Below, in pieces: positions 29,264 to 38,006 of a DNA stretch of 64,000 nucleotides. Made by a program: the position numbers and the translations under genes. Each line of letters begins with the position of its first letter. The stretch's first letter is position 1. The stretch lies in the NCBI GenBank assembly GCA_028287785.1, contig JAQBOZ010000007.1, positions 271,393 to 335,392 of the forward strand, written 5' to 3'. The notes beneath the pieces were generated by a model, which worked only from the letters and a program-made list of their open reading frames with translations, had not been told where the DNA came from and did not search any database. The DNA is from Chlorobiota bacterium. Its GTDB lineage: Bacteria > Bacteroidota > Ignavibacteria > OLB7.

Positions 29264-29902
29264 TCAGGAAACGCGCCACATGTACCATGATACGATCGAC
29301 CGGTACGGCGCCCAGCGATGTTCCTCCGCGAGCGCCTGCGCCTGGCCGGGCGTTGGCATCTCCGGCAGGCCGTACGCAATCCGCAGGCCCCGCTTTACCC
29401 CCAGATCGCCGACCGGGAAGACATCCAGCCGACCGAGTGAGAAGATCAGGAACATCTGCGCCGTCCAGATGCCGATTCCCTTGACCGCCGTCAGCTCCGC
29501 GGCCACCTCGTCATCGCTCAGACTGGGGAGATTCGGCAGATCCAGCCGTCCATCCGTCACATGCTCCGCCAGCGAACGGAGATAGCCAAGCTTCTGGGGG
29601 GATATCCCCGCCCCGCGAAACAGCTCGTCCGGCGCCTGGAGCATGGTGCGCGGCTCGAAGATCCCTCCAAACGCATCAAGCAGCCGCCGCCTGATGCTTT
29701 CGGCCGCGCGGGAGCTTATCTGCTGGCTGATGATGGAATCGACCAGCGTACTGTAATAATCCATGTGTGGCCGGAAGGACGGCAGCCCATGCTCCTTCAC
29801 CAGCGGGCGAAGCACGGGATCGCGCCGGGCAAGCGTGCGCGCCCCCCTGGCAAGCTCCTCAAGGAAGCTCTCGATCGACGCGGCGGGGATTCCATCTGTC
29901 AC
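29264..29902 (-). CDS. DNA-3-methyladenine glycosylase II family (AlkA-like HhH-GPD)
   Basis: HhH-GPD motif ...LTAVKGIGIWTAQMFLIFSLGRLDVFPVGDLGV... with catalytic Asp. Confidence 0.75.
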   Translation of the reverse strand: MTDGIPAASIESFLEELARGARTLARRDPVLRPLVKEHGLPSFRPHMDYYSTLVDSIISQQISSRAAESIRRRLLDAFGGIFEPRTMLQAPDELFRGAGISPQKLGYLRSLAEHVTDGRLDLPNLPSLSDDEVAAELTAVKGIGIWTAQMFLIFSLGRLDVFPVGDLGVKRGLRIAYGLPEMPTPGQAQALAEEHRWAPYRSIVSWYMWRVS

Positions 29903-29987
29903 GTTTCACCTCCGTTGGTTCTCAATGATGTACCCGGAATGCCCGGAGACATCCGTTGAACTCATCCTGGAATAGAACCGCAAACAT

Positions 29988-30941
29988 ATGAAGGTTGCCT
30001 GTATCGTATCGATACTCATGCTGATGCACACGGTATGCCATTCACAGAACTTCCCCGACCGGATGATCAGTTACGATCCCCTGGCCGATCACCGGCCGGA
30101 TACGGCGGACTTCACCTGGCTGAGCGGGGCAAGGCTCCACGCCGAGTTTTCCCGCTATTCGAACGGCAGCGGCTCATCGCACCGCTGGAACGCGAAGACC
30201 GGGGGAATGGTGGAGATTGCCCGCTGGGATTCCACCTGGAGCATCGCGGTGGCCGGGACCACGGAGATCATCATCGATCCCCATAACGATATCTCCTTCA
30301 ACCCGCGCGCGATCCAGTGGGAGGAGGGAATCCTGGTCTCCTGCCGCCTCTCCCACGACGCATCTCTTCAGTTCGGCGGAATGCAGCGGTGCAAGCATGA
30401 TATCGACAATCTTGAGCCGGCGCAGGAGAGCGGCAGCGTGGAGGAGCGGACGCTGATCTTCAGCAGCGCCACCGTCCGCGCGCTCTTCCATCCCCGTCCC
30501 CTCATCCCCGGCAGCAACCTCCTCTACGGCGCCCTCGCCATCCGCGACGAGATCTACGTCCATATCCTCGACAACAGAATCGCCGGAACCGCCGATGCCG
30601 GTGGCCGAAGCCTTGAAACGATGTTCAATACGACCGTGGTGACGGGGCGGCTCGATCTTCGCCCCCCCGATGCCCGCTACGGGGTTCACCTGGGGGCCAG
30701 CTTCATGGTAAGCCTCTTCGGCGATGCTCCGGGCACGGGACACAACCTCTCCAACCCGATCGCCCTTGGCTCGATCCCATTTCTGGAGCTGGGGCTCGAT
30801 CTCTTCAACCCGGCCGGCGGAAACCTCACCATCTTCGCCAGGGGCGAATGGCAGCGCGACGCCGCGATCCTCCCGAAACCGGCGGCGGCATCGCTCGCGA
30901 TGTTCGGGATACGCTTCAGCGATTTCGGGACGATGTGGTGA
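29988..30941 (+). CDS. secreted hypothetical protein (possible outer-membrane beta-barrel)
   Basis: Signal peptide MKVACIVSILMLMHTVCHS, alternating hydrophobic beta-strand pattern, C-terminal aromatic residue (..FGTMW). Confidence 0.5.
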   Translation: MKVACIVSILMLMHTVCHSQNFPDRMISYDPLADHRPDTADFTWLSGARLHAEFSRYSNGSGSSHRWNAKTGGMVEIARWDSTWSIAVAGTTEIIIDPHNDISFNPRAIQWEEGILVSCRLSHDASLQFGGMQRCKHDIDNLEPAQESGSVEERTLIFSSATVRALFHPRPLIPGSNLLYGALAIRDEIYVHILDNRIAGTADAGGRSLETMFNTTVVTGRLDLRPPDARYGVHLGASFMVSLFGDAPGTGHNLSNPIALGSIPFLELGLDLFNPAGGNLTIFARGEWQRDAAILPKPAAASLAMFGIRFSDFGTMW

Positions 30942-30958
30942 TCGTCACCATGTGACCG

Positions 30959-32380
30959 TCACCGCGCCAGCACCACGAACTCCGTCCTCCGGTTCTTCTG
31001 GCGACCCTCATCCGTCTCGTTGGTGGCGACCGGAAGGGAGAAGCCGAACCCTCTGGAGCGGACGCGGTCCTGGGGAATGCCCAGCGCGACCAGCGCGTCC
31101 CGGACGGCGGCGGCGCGGGCCTCGGAGAGCTTCTGGTTGTACTCCTCGGTCCCCTTTGAATCGGTATGCCCCCGCACCTCGATCTTCAGCCTGGGATGAT
31201 CCTTCATCGCCGACGCCAGCGCCGCAATCGACTCCTGCGATTCCGGGCGGAGGGTGGACATGTTGTAGTCGAAGTAGATCTTATCCAGCTTCACCGGGAC
31301 ATCGGAGGCGATATCGCCGGTGAGCGTGTTATAGGTGGCCGATGCCGCCACCTGCCTGGAGGAGTTCGGCGGGGTAAGCGTGAGCCGGGCGATATGCCTG
31401 CCGGCGACGTTCGGCGGCCTGTAGGTGACCAGATAATAGTTCCTGAGGCTCCGATAGATATCCTCGAAGGCGCTCTTCAGCTCGTCGTTCGTATACGTCT
31501 GATAGAACCGGCCGCCGGTGTAGGTGGAGATATCGGAGAGGACATCGCGGTTCACCGCGCCGAAGGCGATCGTGAAGATCGGGATGTTGTTGTCGCGGCA
31601 GAACTTGTACAGCTCGGAGGCGGGAATGGTGCTGGCGTTGTCCTCGCCATCGGTCAGCAGAACCACGGCGCGGGGATGATCGGCCGGGGATGATGCAACC
31701 TGATCGGCCCCGAGCTTGGCCGCCTGATAGATGGCGCTGTAGCTGCCGTATCCCTTCAGCCCCGTGCCGTTGAAGAGGGCCAGAAGATCGCTCTGCGAGC
31801 TGGTTGCCCCCAGCACGAGCTTCGGCGCGCGGTCGAACTTCACCACGGAGATCCGGTCCTGCGCCCGCTTCAGCCTGATAAACGCCGATGCCGCGTTCTC
31901 CACGCCGTTGATGTTGTTTCCCATCGTCCCGGAATAATCGAGCGCCAGGGAAAGCTCGTACGGTATCGCATCCTGATCGCTGAACTCCCGCACCGTGAAC
32001 TGATCGATCTTCCCGACCTTTCCATCATCGCCGATCTGCTCGGTCAGCCCGCTCCAGATCTTCCGGTAATCATCGTTCCCCTTGTAATACGGCGGGGCCA
32101 GATTGGTGACGATCTGCCCGCTGCTGTCGTAAACCCGCACATACAGGCTCACCGAATCGGGATAGGTCTCCGATCTGACCTTCCAGACATCGACGATCAT
32201 CTTTCCGGGATCGATCTGCTCGTACGATCTGGTGCCGACCATGTAGATCGGCTGCCTGTAGCCGGACGGCGCCGTCGGCTCGATCAGCGGAAGGATTGAT
32301 TTATCGAACGATCTGCAGCCGGCCCACAGAAGCGCGCCAAGGAGAAGAAACCGGATATCGGAGAGAGAACGTTGATTCAT
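30959..32380 (-). CDS. vWA domain + OmpA C-terminal domain lipoprotein
   Basis: Lipobox LLWAGC, vWA MIDAS (DYSGTM...), C-terminal OmpA peptidoglycan-binding motif (TDSKGTEEYNQKLSEARAAAVRDAL). Paralogue of the 45245-46759 gene. Confidence 0.75.
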   Translation of the reverse strand: MNQRSLSDIRFLLLGALLWAGCRSFDKSILPLIEPTAPSGYRQPIYMVGTRSYEQIDPGKMIVDVWKVRSETYPDSVSLYVRVYDSSGQIVTNLAPPYYKGNDDYRKIWSGLTEQIGDDGKVGKIDQFTVREFSDQDAIPYELSLALDYSGTMGNNINGVENAASAFIRLKRAQDRISVVKFDRAPKLVLGATSSQSDLLALFNGTGLKGYGSYSAIYQAAKLGADQVASSPADHPRAVVLLTDGEDNASTIPASELYKFCRDNNIPIFTIAFGAVNRDVLSDISTYTGGRFYQTYTNDELKSAFEDIYRSLRNYYLVTYRPPNVAGRHIARLTLTPPNSSRQVAASATYNTLTGDIASDVPVKLDKIYFDYNMSTLRPESQESIAALASAMKDHPRLKIEVRGHTDSKGTEEYNQKLSEARAAAVRDALVALGIPQDRVRSRGFGFSLPVATNETDEGRQKNRRTEFVVLAR

Positions 32381-32507
32381 ACGGCCGAAAATACGACAAG
32401 AACGTTACGAACAGCGGAACATCCGCCGGCTGTTCAGGACGACGCTGCCATCCGGCAAATGTATCCTGACGGCCCATCAACATCGCGATGACGCGGGAAC
32501 TGTTGCA

Positions 32508-32813
32508 AGTTACTTCCTGACTCAGCCTGAATCAGGCTCTGGTCTGCGCCGCGATCATCCGGCAATATCTCTTCATCGTTCTTCAAGCTCCGTGGGAGCG
32601 CGCCGGTTGTAGCAACCGATGCTCCCGTTCCCCCTCAAGCTCCATCGGAGCGGACCATCCCCGCATCCATGCCGAATGGTCCGCTCCGATGGAGCCTGAC
32701 ATCATGAAAGACGTGACGTTGCTACAACCAGCCCGCCCCGATGGGGCTGTCAAGACGGAGGCCTTACATAATGCCGTGTTTCGTGCCTCTCATCTCAAAT
32801 TGAGCCACTACCC
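32508..32813. mobile_element. MITE-like element family A, copy 2 (left terminal repeat degenerate)
   Basis: Shares the internal CTCAAGCTCCATCGGAGCGGACC hairpin and loop with copy 1; right end CAAATTGAGCCACTACC. Confidence 0.45.
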
Positions 32814-32853
32814 CAGGGATGGAATAACGGCATGATCGCCGGCGGTGGCAGAT

Positions 32854-34038
32854 CTATGTGAGCGATAGAAGCTGGCGGATATACGGCGCCTGATCGCTCC
32901 CGCCGTTGGCCGCGAGCCACTCCTCGAACAGCGCGCGGCTCTCACCGGCCAGGATATCGCCGATGATCCTCGGCATCTGATTTTCGGGACTCTGCGGCGG
33001 GCGGACACGTCCGGTGCCGCTGTCGGCGGGGGCGCGCAATCCGTAGACGATGACATCCACCGCCCCCTGCATCGCGGCTCCGGTGCACATCACGCACGGC
33101 TCCAGCGTGGAGACCAGCAGCAGATCGCGCGCGTCGATCGGGACCTTTCCGGCCGCATTCTCGAACGTCACCATCTCCGCATGCGCCACCTTGCTGCCGG
33201 TGGCCCGCATCCTGTTGTACCCGCGAGCGATGATCCTCCCATCCCCGCGCGCCAGCACCGCGCCGATCGGCGCCTCGCCCGCTTCCATCCCGGCTCCGGC
33301 GGTCACGAGCGCCTCCCGCATCAGGCGCTCCATGAAATCGTTGGTGATATGTGCCGGGCCGGGGGATGCGATCGCGAGCGCCTCGTCGAGATGATCGAGC
33401 AGCTCGCCGATATCCTTGTAGACCGTTCGCGCTCCCGCGCCAAGAAGCGCCTCCTTCCCATTGTACCCGCTCAGCAGCCCGAACAGGGCCACCCCCGCCT
33501 GCCTGCACGCCGTGGCATCGTAGATGGTATCCCCCAGCATCGCGCACCCCGCCGGTGAAAGGTTCAGCTTTCCGCACGCCGCAACCACCAGATCCGGGGC
33601 GGGCTTGCTGGATGCCGCGTCATCGGCGGTGACGACCACATCCACCATATCCGTGAGAGCCAGGCCGGAACTCCGCTCGATCGCCTCCAGATTCTTCTTC
33701 GATCCCGATGTGGCAAGGGCGCTCTTCAACCCTCTTCGGCGGACCTCCTCGATCATCTCCGCCGCCCCCGGATAGGGCTTGAAATGGATCTCGCCGGCCA
33801 GCCGGACAAACTCCTCCCCCTGCGCCTTCCGGAGCGCGTCGCCATCCTTCCGGTCCGCCTCGCGTCCCAGGATCGACGGCACAAGGTGATCGCCCCCTTT
33901 CCCTATCTCCACCTCGATTCTATCGGGCAGCACCTTGTAGCCATGCCTCTCGAACGCCTTCCGCCACGCCTCGACATGACAGCCGTTCGTGTCGATCAAC
34001 GTGCCGTCGATATCGAAAATGATGCCGTCGAGTGCCAT
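32854..34038 (-). CDS. fusion protein: N-terminal HAD-superfamily hydrolase + C-terminal CDA-fold nucleoside/nucleotide deaminase (TadA/guanine-deaminase-like)
   Basis: HAD motif I IFDIDGTLIDT at the N-terminus; zinc-deaminase motifs HAEMVTF and PCVMCTGA in the C-terminal half. Confidence 0.7.
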   Translation of the reverse strand: MALDGIIFDIDGTLIDTNGCHVEAWRKAFERHGYKVLPDRIEVEIGKGGDHLVPSILGREADRKDGDALRKAQGEEFVRLAGEIHFKPYPGAAEMIEEVRRRGLKSALATSGSKKNLEAIERSSGLALTDMVDVVVTADDAASSKPAPDLVVAACGKLNLSPAGCAMLGDTIYDATACRQAGVALFGLLSGYNGKEALLGAGARTVYKDIGELLDHLDEALAIASPGPAHITNDFMERLMREALVTAGAGMEAGEAPIGAVLARGDGRIIARGYNRMRATGSKVAHAEMVTFENAAGKVPIDARDLLLVSTLEPCVMCTGAAMQGAVDVIVYGLRAPADSGTGRVRPPQSPENQMPRIIGDILAGESRALFEEWLAANGGSDQAPYIRQLLSLT

Positions 34039-34427
34039 CGGTGTTCCGGATTTACTGGTTGCGTATCGGTCGGGAGATCATGTCTCGTCGCCATCATCCT
34101 CGCCATATAACTGCCCGCCCCCCTCGTCGCCGTAGGTGGGGCTCTCCACATCACCATCGGTCGCCCGGCCGATCCCGGCATGGTCGCGCCCCATGATCTC
34201 CTCGCGTTCCGGAACGATATCGCTCCCCTTGATCATCCCCTGCTGTGCCTCCACGGGAGGCTCGTGCCGGCGCGATTCCCGGCCGGCCGCATCGGCGTGG
34301 GTATCGCCGCTCTCCGGGCCTGTTGCCCTGTCATGTTCCTGCTCTTCCACGATGCACCTCGCTGATTGGTTCGTACCACCATTTGTCGATAGAATCGAGC
34401 AAGTACCATGCCCCGCGCCGTGGGCGA

Positions 34428-35966
34428 TTACTTCTTCTCCAGCTCGACCGGCTCCAGATCCACGTTTGCCGGGCCGTTGATCACCCGCCCATGCGGATCG
34501 AACCGCGATCCGTGGCACGGGCAGTCCCACGATTTCTCAAGATCGTTCCAGTCCACCACACAGCCGAGATGCGTGCATACGGCGGAGCATCCATGCGCCT
34601 TCCCCTGTTCATCGCGATAGACCGCGACCCTGGTGGCGCCGTCCCAGACCACGGCGCCGGAGCCCCCCTTGATCTCCGCGTAGTCATCGACCTGGCTCCC
34701 CTTCAGCCAGTCGGCATACTGCATCATGGTGTTTGCCCCCTCGCGAAGAAAATCGCCAGCCGCGCCCAGGGTTATCCGTCCCGGATCGTAAAGGGTCGCC
34801 CACGGATGTTCCCGCCCCATGATCAGATCGGTGATGATCATCCCGCCGATGGTTCCATGCGTCATCCCGTTGCCGGAATCGCCGGTGATGATGTAGATAT
34901 TATCGTCATCGACCGGGTTGCGACCGATGAACGCCAGCCCATCCACCGGCTCCATCACCTGACCGGACCAGCGGAACTCCACCTCGCCCGCGGTCGGAAA
35001 GCGCTGGCGCGACCATTTCTCCAGGCGGTCAAACCGCGCGGCGGGATCATCCTCCTGCCCGGTCTTATGGTCCTCACCGCCAACGATCAGGATATCGTAC
35101 GGGCCGTTGTCCGAGGTCTGAATGCGGATATAGTGATAGGGATCTCCGGTATCCCAGAACAGATCGCGCGGCACCGTTCCCGGCGCCACCTGGAGGCCGA
35201 TCACATAGGTGCGATAGGCCGCCTGCTTGGTGTGAATCACCAGCAGATCGTTGAACGGGGAGTTGGTGGCAACCACCACCGATCCCGCGTCGATCATGAA
35301 ATGATCCACCGTCTCGACGCCGGTCCGCTTCCCCCCCGATACCCGATCGGCGCGGGTGCCGGTGTAGATGCGCCCGCCGGCCCGCTCGATGGCGGCGGCA
35401 AGCCCGCCCAGATATTTCAGCGGATGGAACTGCGCCTGATGCGGGAAGCAGAGGGCGGGGCCGGTGTTGAACGATGCGATCGGCGCGCGATCCACGAGCC
35501 TGATATCCTCCAGGCCCACGGCGTGCGCGGCCTCCAGCTCGCGCCGGAGCTCATCCTCCGGCCTTCCCTCCGATGCGAAGAGATAGCCGTTCAACCGCTC
35601 GAACCGGCAATCGATCTTCTCGTCGCGGACAATCCGCTCCATCTCCGCGATGGCCGCGGTATGGCTCTCGGCGGCGATCCGCGCCCCATCCTCCCCATGC
35701 AGGCGGATCAGCTCGTAATAGCGATCATCGAGCGCGTTGGTGAGATGCGCCGTGGTCCTGCCGGTCTCCCCGCCGCCGATCGGCCCGTCATCGATCACCA
35801 CCACCGACCTGCCGGCGCGCGCCAGCAGATACGCCGTCGTCAGCCCGGCAATGCCGGCGCCCACCACGCAGACATCGGCGCGGGTGTTTTCCGCCAGCGG
35901 CCGCCGCGCGCTGATCTCCGCCGATGCCATCCAGACCGAAATGCTTTCTCCGGAATCGTTGTTCAT
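34428..35966 (-). CDS. FAD-dependent oxidoreductase fused to a C-terminal Rieske [2Fe-2S] domain
   Basis: Dinucleotide-binding motif [11 protein letters not shown]; Rieske boxes CTHLGC and CPCHGS. Start placed at MNNDSG (GGAG RBS) because the longer ORF reads through a perfect 53-nt palindrome. Confidence 0.8.
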   Translation of the reverse strand: MNNDSGESISVWMASAEISARRPLAENTRADVCVVGAGIAGLTTAYLLARAGRSVVVIDDGPIGGGETGRTTAHLTNALDDRYYELIRLHGEDGARIAAESHTAAIAEMERIVRDEKIDCRFERLNGYLFASEGRPEDELRRELEAAHAVGLEDIRLVDRAPIASFNTGPALCFPHQAQFHPLKYLGGLAAAIERAGGRIYTGTRADRVSGGKRTGVETVDHFMIDAGSVVVATNSPFNDLLVIHTKQAAYRTYVIGLQVAPGTVPRDLFWDTGDPYHYIRIQTSDNGPYDILIVGGEDHKTGQEDDPAARFDRLEKWSRQRFPTAGEVEFRWSGQVMEPVDGLAFIGRNPVDDDNIYIITGDSGNGMTHGTIGGMIITDLIMGREHPWATLYDPGRITLGAAGDFLREGANTMMQYADWLKGSQVDDYAEIKGGSGAVVWDGATRVAVYRDEQGKAHGCSAVCTHLGCVVDWNDLEKSWDCPCHGSRFDPHGRVINGPANVDLEPVELEKK

Positions 35967-35990
35967 GGGTTCTCCGAATTGTTTATCGTC

Positions 35991-36043
35991 GCGTGGCGGA
36001 TGGTCGGGGCGGGTTTGAAACCCGCCCCGACCATCCGCCACGC
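35991..36043. repeat. perfect 53-nt palindrome (26-bp arms, single-nt centre) of the GGGCGGGTTT-AAACCCGCCC family
   Basis: GCGTGGCGGATGGTCGGGGCGGGTTT-G-AAACCCGCCCCGACCATCCGCCACGC, verified base by base. It lies 24 nt upstream of the Rieske-fusion start codon. Confidence 0.9.
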
Positions 36044-36398
36044 AATCGGACGGCAAACCTCCTGCCAGTCATCTCATCGGGCGGGCGCTCCGTTTGCATG
36101 CTCCCGAATCGCTGAACCGGCGGCCGGCGACGAACGTTCCCACGGCATCACCTCTTGTTAACCGATTGTCACCCCGCCTTGTTCTTCTTCGACGCTGGAA
36201 CTTTTTACTATCTTTGTCTTCCCGCTGGATCACCGTAGCAGATGATCTCGCCCGGAGCTTCCAACGCAGTGGGGATTCATCCCTCCATCGGGGCACGCTG
36301 CCGGAAGCTTCCACAACGTAGTGAAGGCTGTCCGCGATACCGAGCTTCCCGACACTCACTCGACTCAACAAATCTTTCAGGGATAAATTTTTTCGCAG

Positions 36399-37916
36399 AT
36401 GAACATCCACGAGCATCAGGCTAAAGAACTGCTCGGCAAGTATGGCGTGCCGGTGCAGACAGGGCGTGTGGCATTTACGCCGGAGCAGGCGGTCGAGGCC
36501 GCCCACAACATGATCCAGGAGGGCGCCACGCTCCTGATCGTAAAATCGCAGATCCATGCCGGCGGGCGCGGAAAGGGGGTGATCCACGACGTTCAGACCA
36601 ACCAGCCGGTTCAGTTCGAGGGGAAGGATCTTCGCGGGGTGAAGGTGGTTCCGGTGGACGGCAACACGCTGGACACGGTCTACCAGATCGCGCGGAACAC
36701 CCTTGGCAACAAGCTGGTCACCATCCAGACCGGCGCCGAGGGAAAGATTGTCAACCGCCTTCTGATCGCCAACGGCGTGGATATCGACAAGGAGTTCTAC
36801 TGCTCGATCCTGCTTGACCGCGGCACCAGCATGAACATCATCATGGCCTCCACCGAAGGTGGCGTGGAGATCGAGAAGGTGGCCGAGGAGACCCCGGAGA
36901 AGATCGTCCGCGAGTATGTCGATCCGGGGGCGGGGCTTCAGGGCTTCCAGGCGCGCCGCCTCGCGTTCGGCCTGGGGCTGACCGGCAAGGCCGGGAAGAG
37001 CTTCATCACCTTTATCACGGCGCTCTACAAGGCCTACCTGGCAATCGATGCCGCCATGGTGGAAGTGAACCCGATGGCCCTGACCATCGATGGCGATATC
37101 CTCGCCGTCGACTCCAAGGTGTCGCTGGACGACAACGCACTCTATCGCCACGCCGATATCGCCGCGATGCGGGATGAGAGCGAGGAGGACCCGCTGGAGG
37201 TCGAGGCCGGGAAACACGATCTCAACTACATCAAACTGGACGGCAACGTCGGCTGCATGGTCAACGGCGCCGGCCTTGCGATGGCAACGATGGACATCAT
37301 CAAGCTGGCCGGTGGCGAACCCGCCAACTTCCTGGATGTGGGGGGTGGGGCAAGCGTGGAGCGTGTTGCCGCCGCATTCCGCGTGATGATGAGCGATCCG
37401 AACGTGAAAGTAGTTCTAATCAACATCTTCGGCGGGATCGTTCGCTGCGATCGCGTCGCAAACGGAATCATTCAGGCTATGGAAACCGTAAAGGTAAACA
37501 TCCCGGTGATCGTCCGACTTGACGGCACCAACGCCGAGGAGGCGCGTGATATCCTCCTCAAATCCTCCCTCGATTTCTCCGTGGCAGCCACGCTGAAGGA
37601 CGCCGCCGAGAAGGTCACGGAAGCAATCAACGCCATGGGCGCCGGATCGGTCAAGGAAGAATCGGCAGCCGCGGTCCTCAACGCCGCGATGGCATCCGCC
37701 TCGCTCGCCATTCCCGGCGGCAAGGATGAGGAGGAAGAGGACGACGATGAGGAAGATGCCGATCTGGACGAAAAGGGAGAAGGCGAGGACGATGAGGAGG
37801 AGGAGTTCGAGTTCGAGGAGGTGGAAGATCCCGAGGCGCTCGACCTTCGCGAGTTCGATGAAGAGGAGATCAACGACGATATCGACGACGTTCTTACCGA
37901 CGACGACGATTTCTGA
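36399..37916 (+). CDS. sucC: succinate--CoA ligase [ADP-forming] beta subunit with ~110-aa polyacidic C-terminal extension
   Basis: [19 protein letters not shown]..., ATP-grasp and CoA-ligase domains. After about residue 395 there is an extra tail ...[66 protein letters not shown]. Confidence 0.9.
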   Translation: MNIHEHQAKELLGKYGVPVQTGRVAFTPEQAVEAAHNMIQEGATLLIVKSQIHAGGRGKGVIHDVQTNQPVQFEGKDLRGVKVVPVDGNTLDTVYQIARNTLGNKLVTIQTGAEGKIVNRLLIANGVDIDKEFYCSILLDRGTSMNIIMASTEGGVEIEKVAEETPEKIVREYVDPGAGLQGFQARRLAFGLGLTGKAGKSFITFITALYKAYLAIDAAMVEVNPMALTIDGDILAVDSKVSLDDNALYRHADIAAMRDESEEDPLEVEAGKHDLNYIKLDGNVGCMVNGAGLAMATMDIIKLAGGEPANFLDVGGGASVERVAAAFRVMMSDPNVKVVLINIFGGIVRCDRVANGIIQAMETVKVNIPVIVRLDGTNAEEARDILLKSSLDFSVAATLKDAAEKVTEAINAMGAGSVKEESAAAVLNAAMASASLAIPGGKDEEEEDDDEEDADLDEKGEGEDDEEEEFEFEEVEDPEALDLREFDEEEINDDIDDVLTDDDDF

Positions 37917-37948
37917 TCCGTCATTCATCAGGCAGCATGCAAAACAGG

Positions 37949-37992
37949 GAGCCGCGATCAAATCGGGCTCCCTGTTTCTTTTTCATGACGTT
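37949..37992. terminator. bidirectional rho-independent terminator
   Basis: AACAGGGAGCC-(10-nt loop)-GGCTCCCTGTT flanked by TTTTG (upstream) and TCTTTTTC (downstream), between convergent sucC and the T9SS cargo gene. Confidence 0.7.
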
Positions 37993-38006
37993 CCGGGATG
38001 GCCGGA

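Noticed and set aside
34078-34530. 150-aa ORF / possible 52-aa acidic small protein (MIKGSDIVPEREEIMGRDHAGIGRATDGDVESPTYGDEGGGQLYGEDDGDET) between the Rieske-fusion and HAD-deaminase genes
   Set aside because: It overlaps the 3' end of the Rieske-fusion gene in another frame, has only a weak RBS, and its composition resembles GC-driven noise. It cannot be supported without expression data.
35966-36056. Upstream 30-codon extension of the FAD/Rieske gene ([30 protein letters not shown])
   Set aside because: The extension is encoded by the perfect 53-nt palindrome (both strands give the same peptide), and a GGAG RBS precedes the downstream Met, so the shorter start is preferred.
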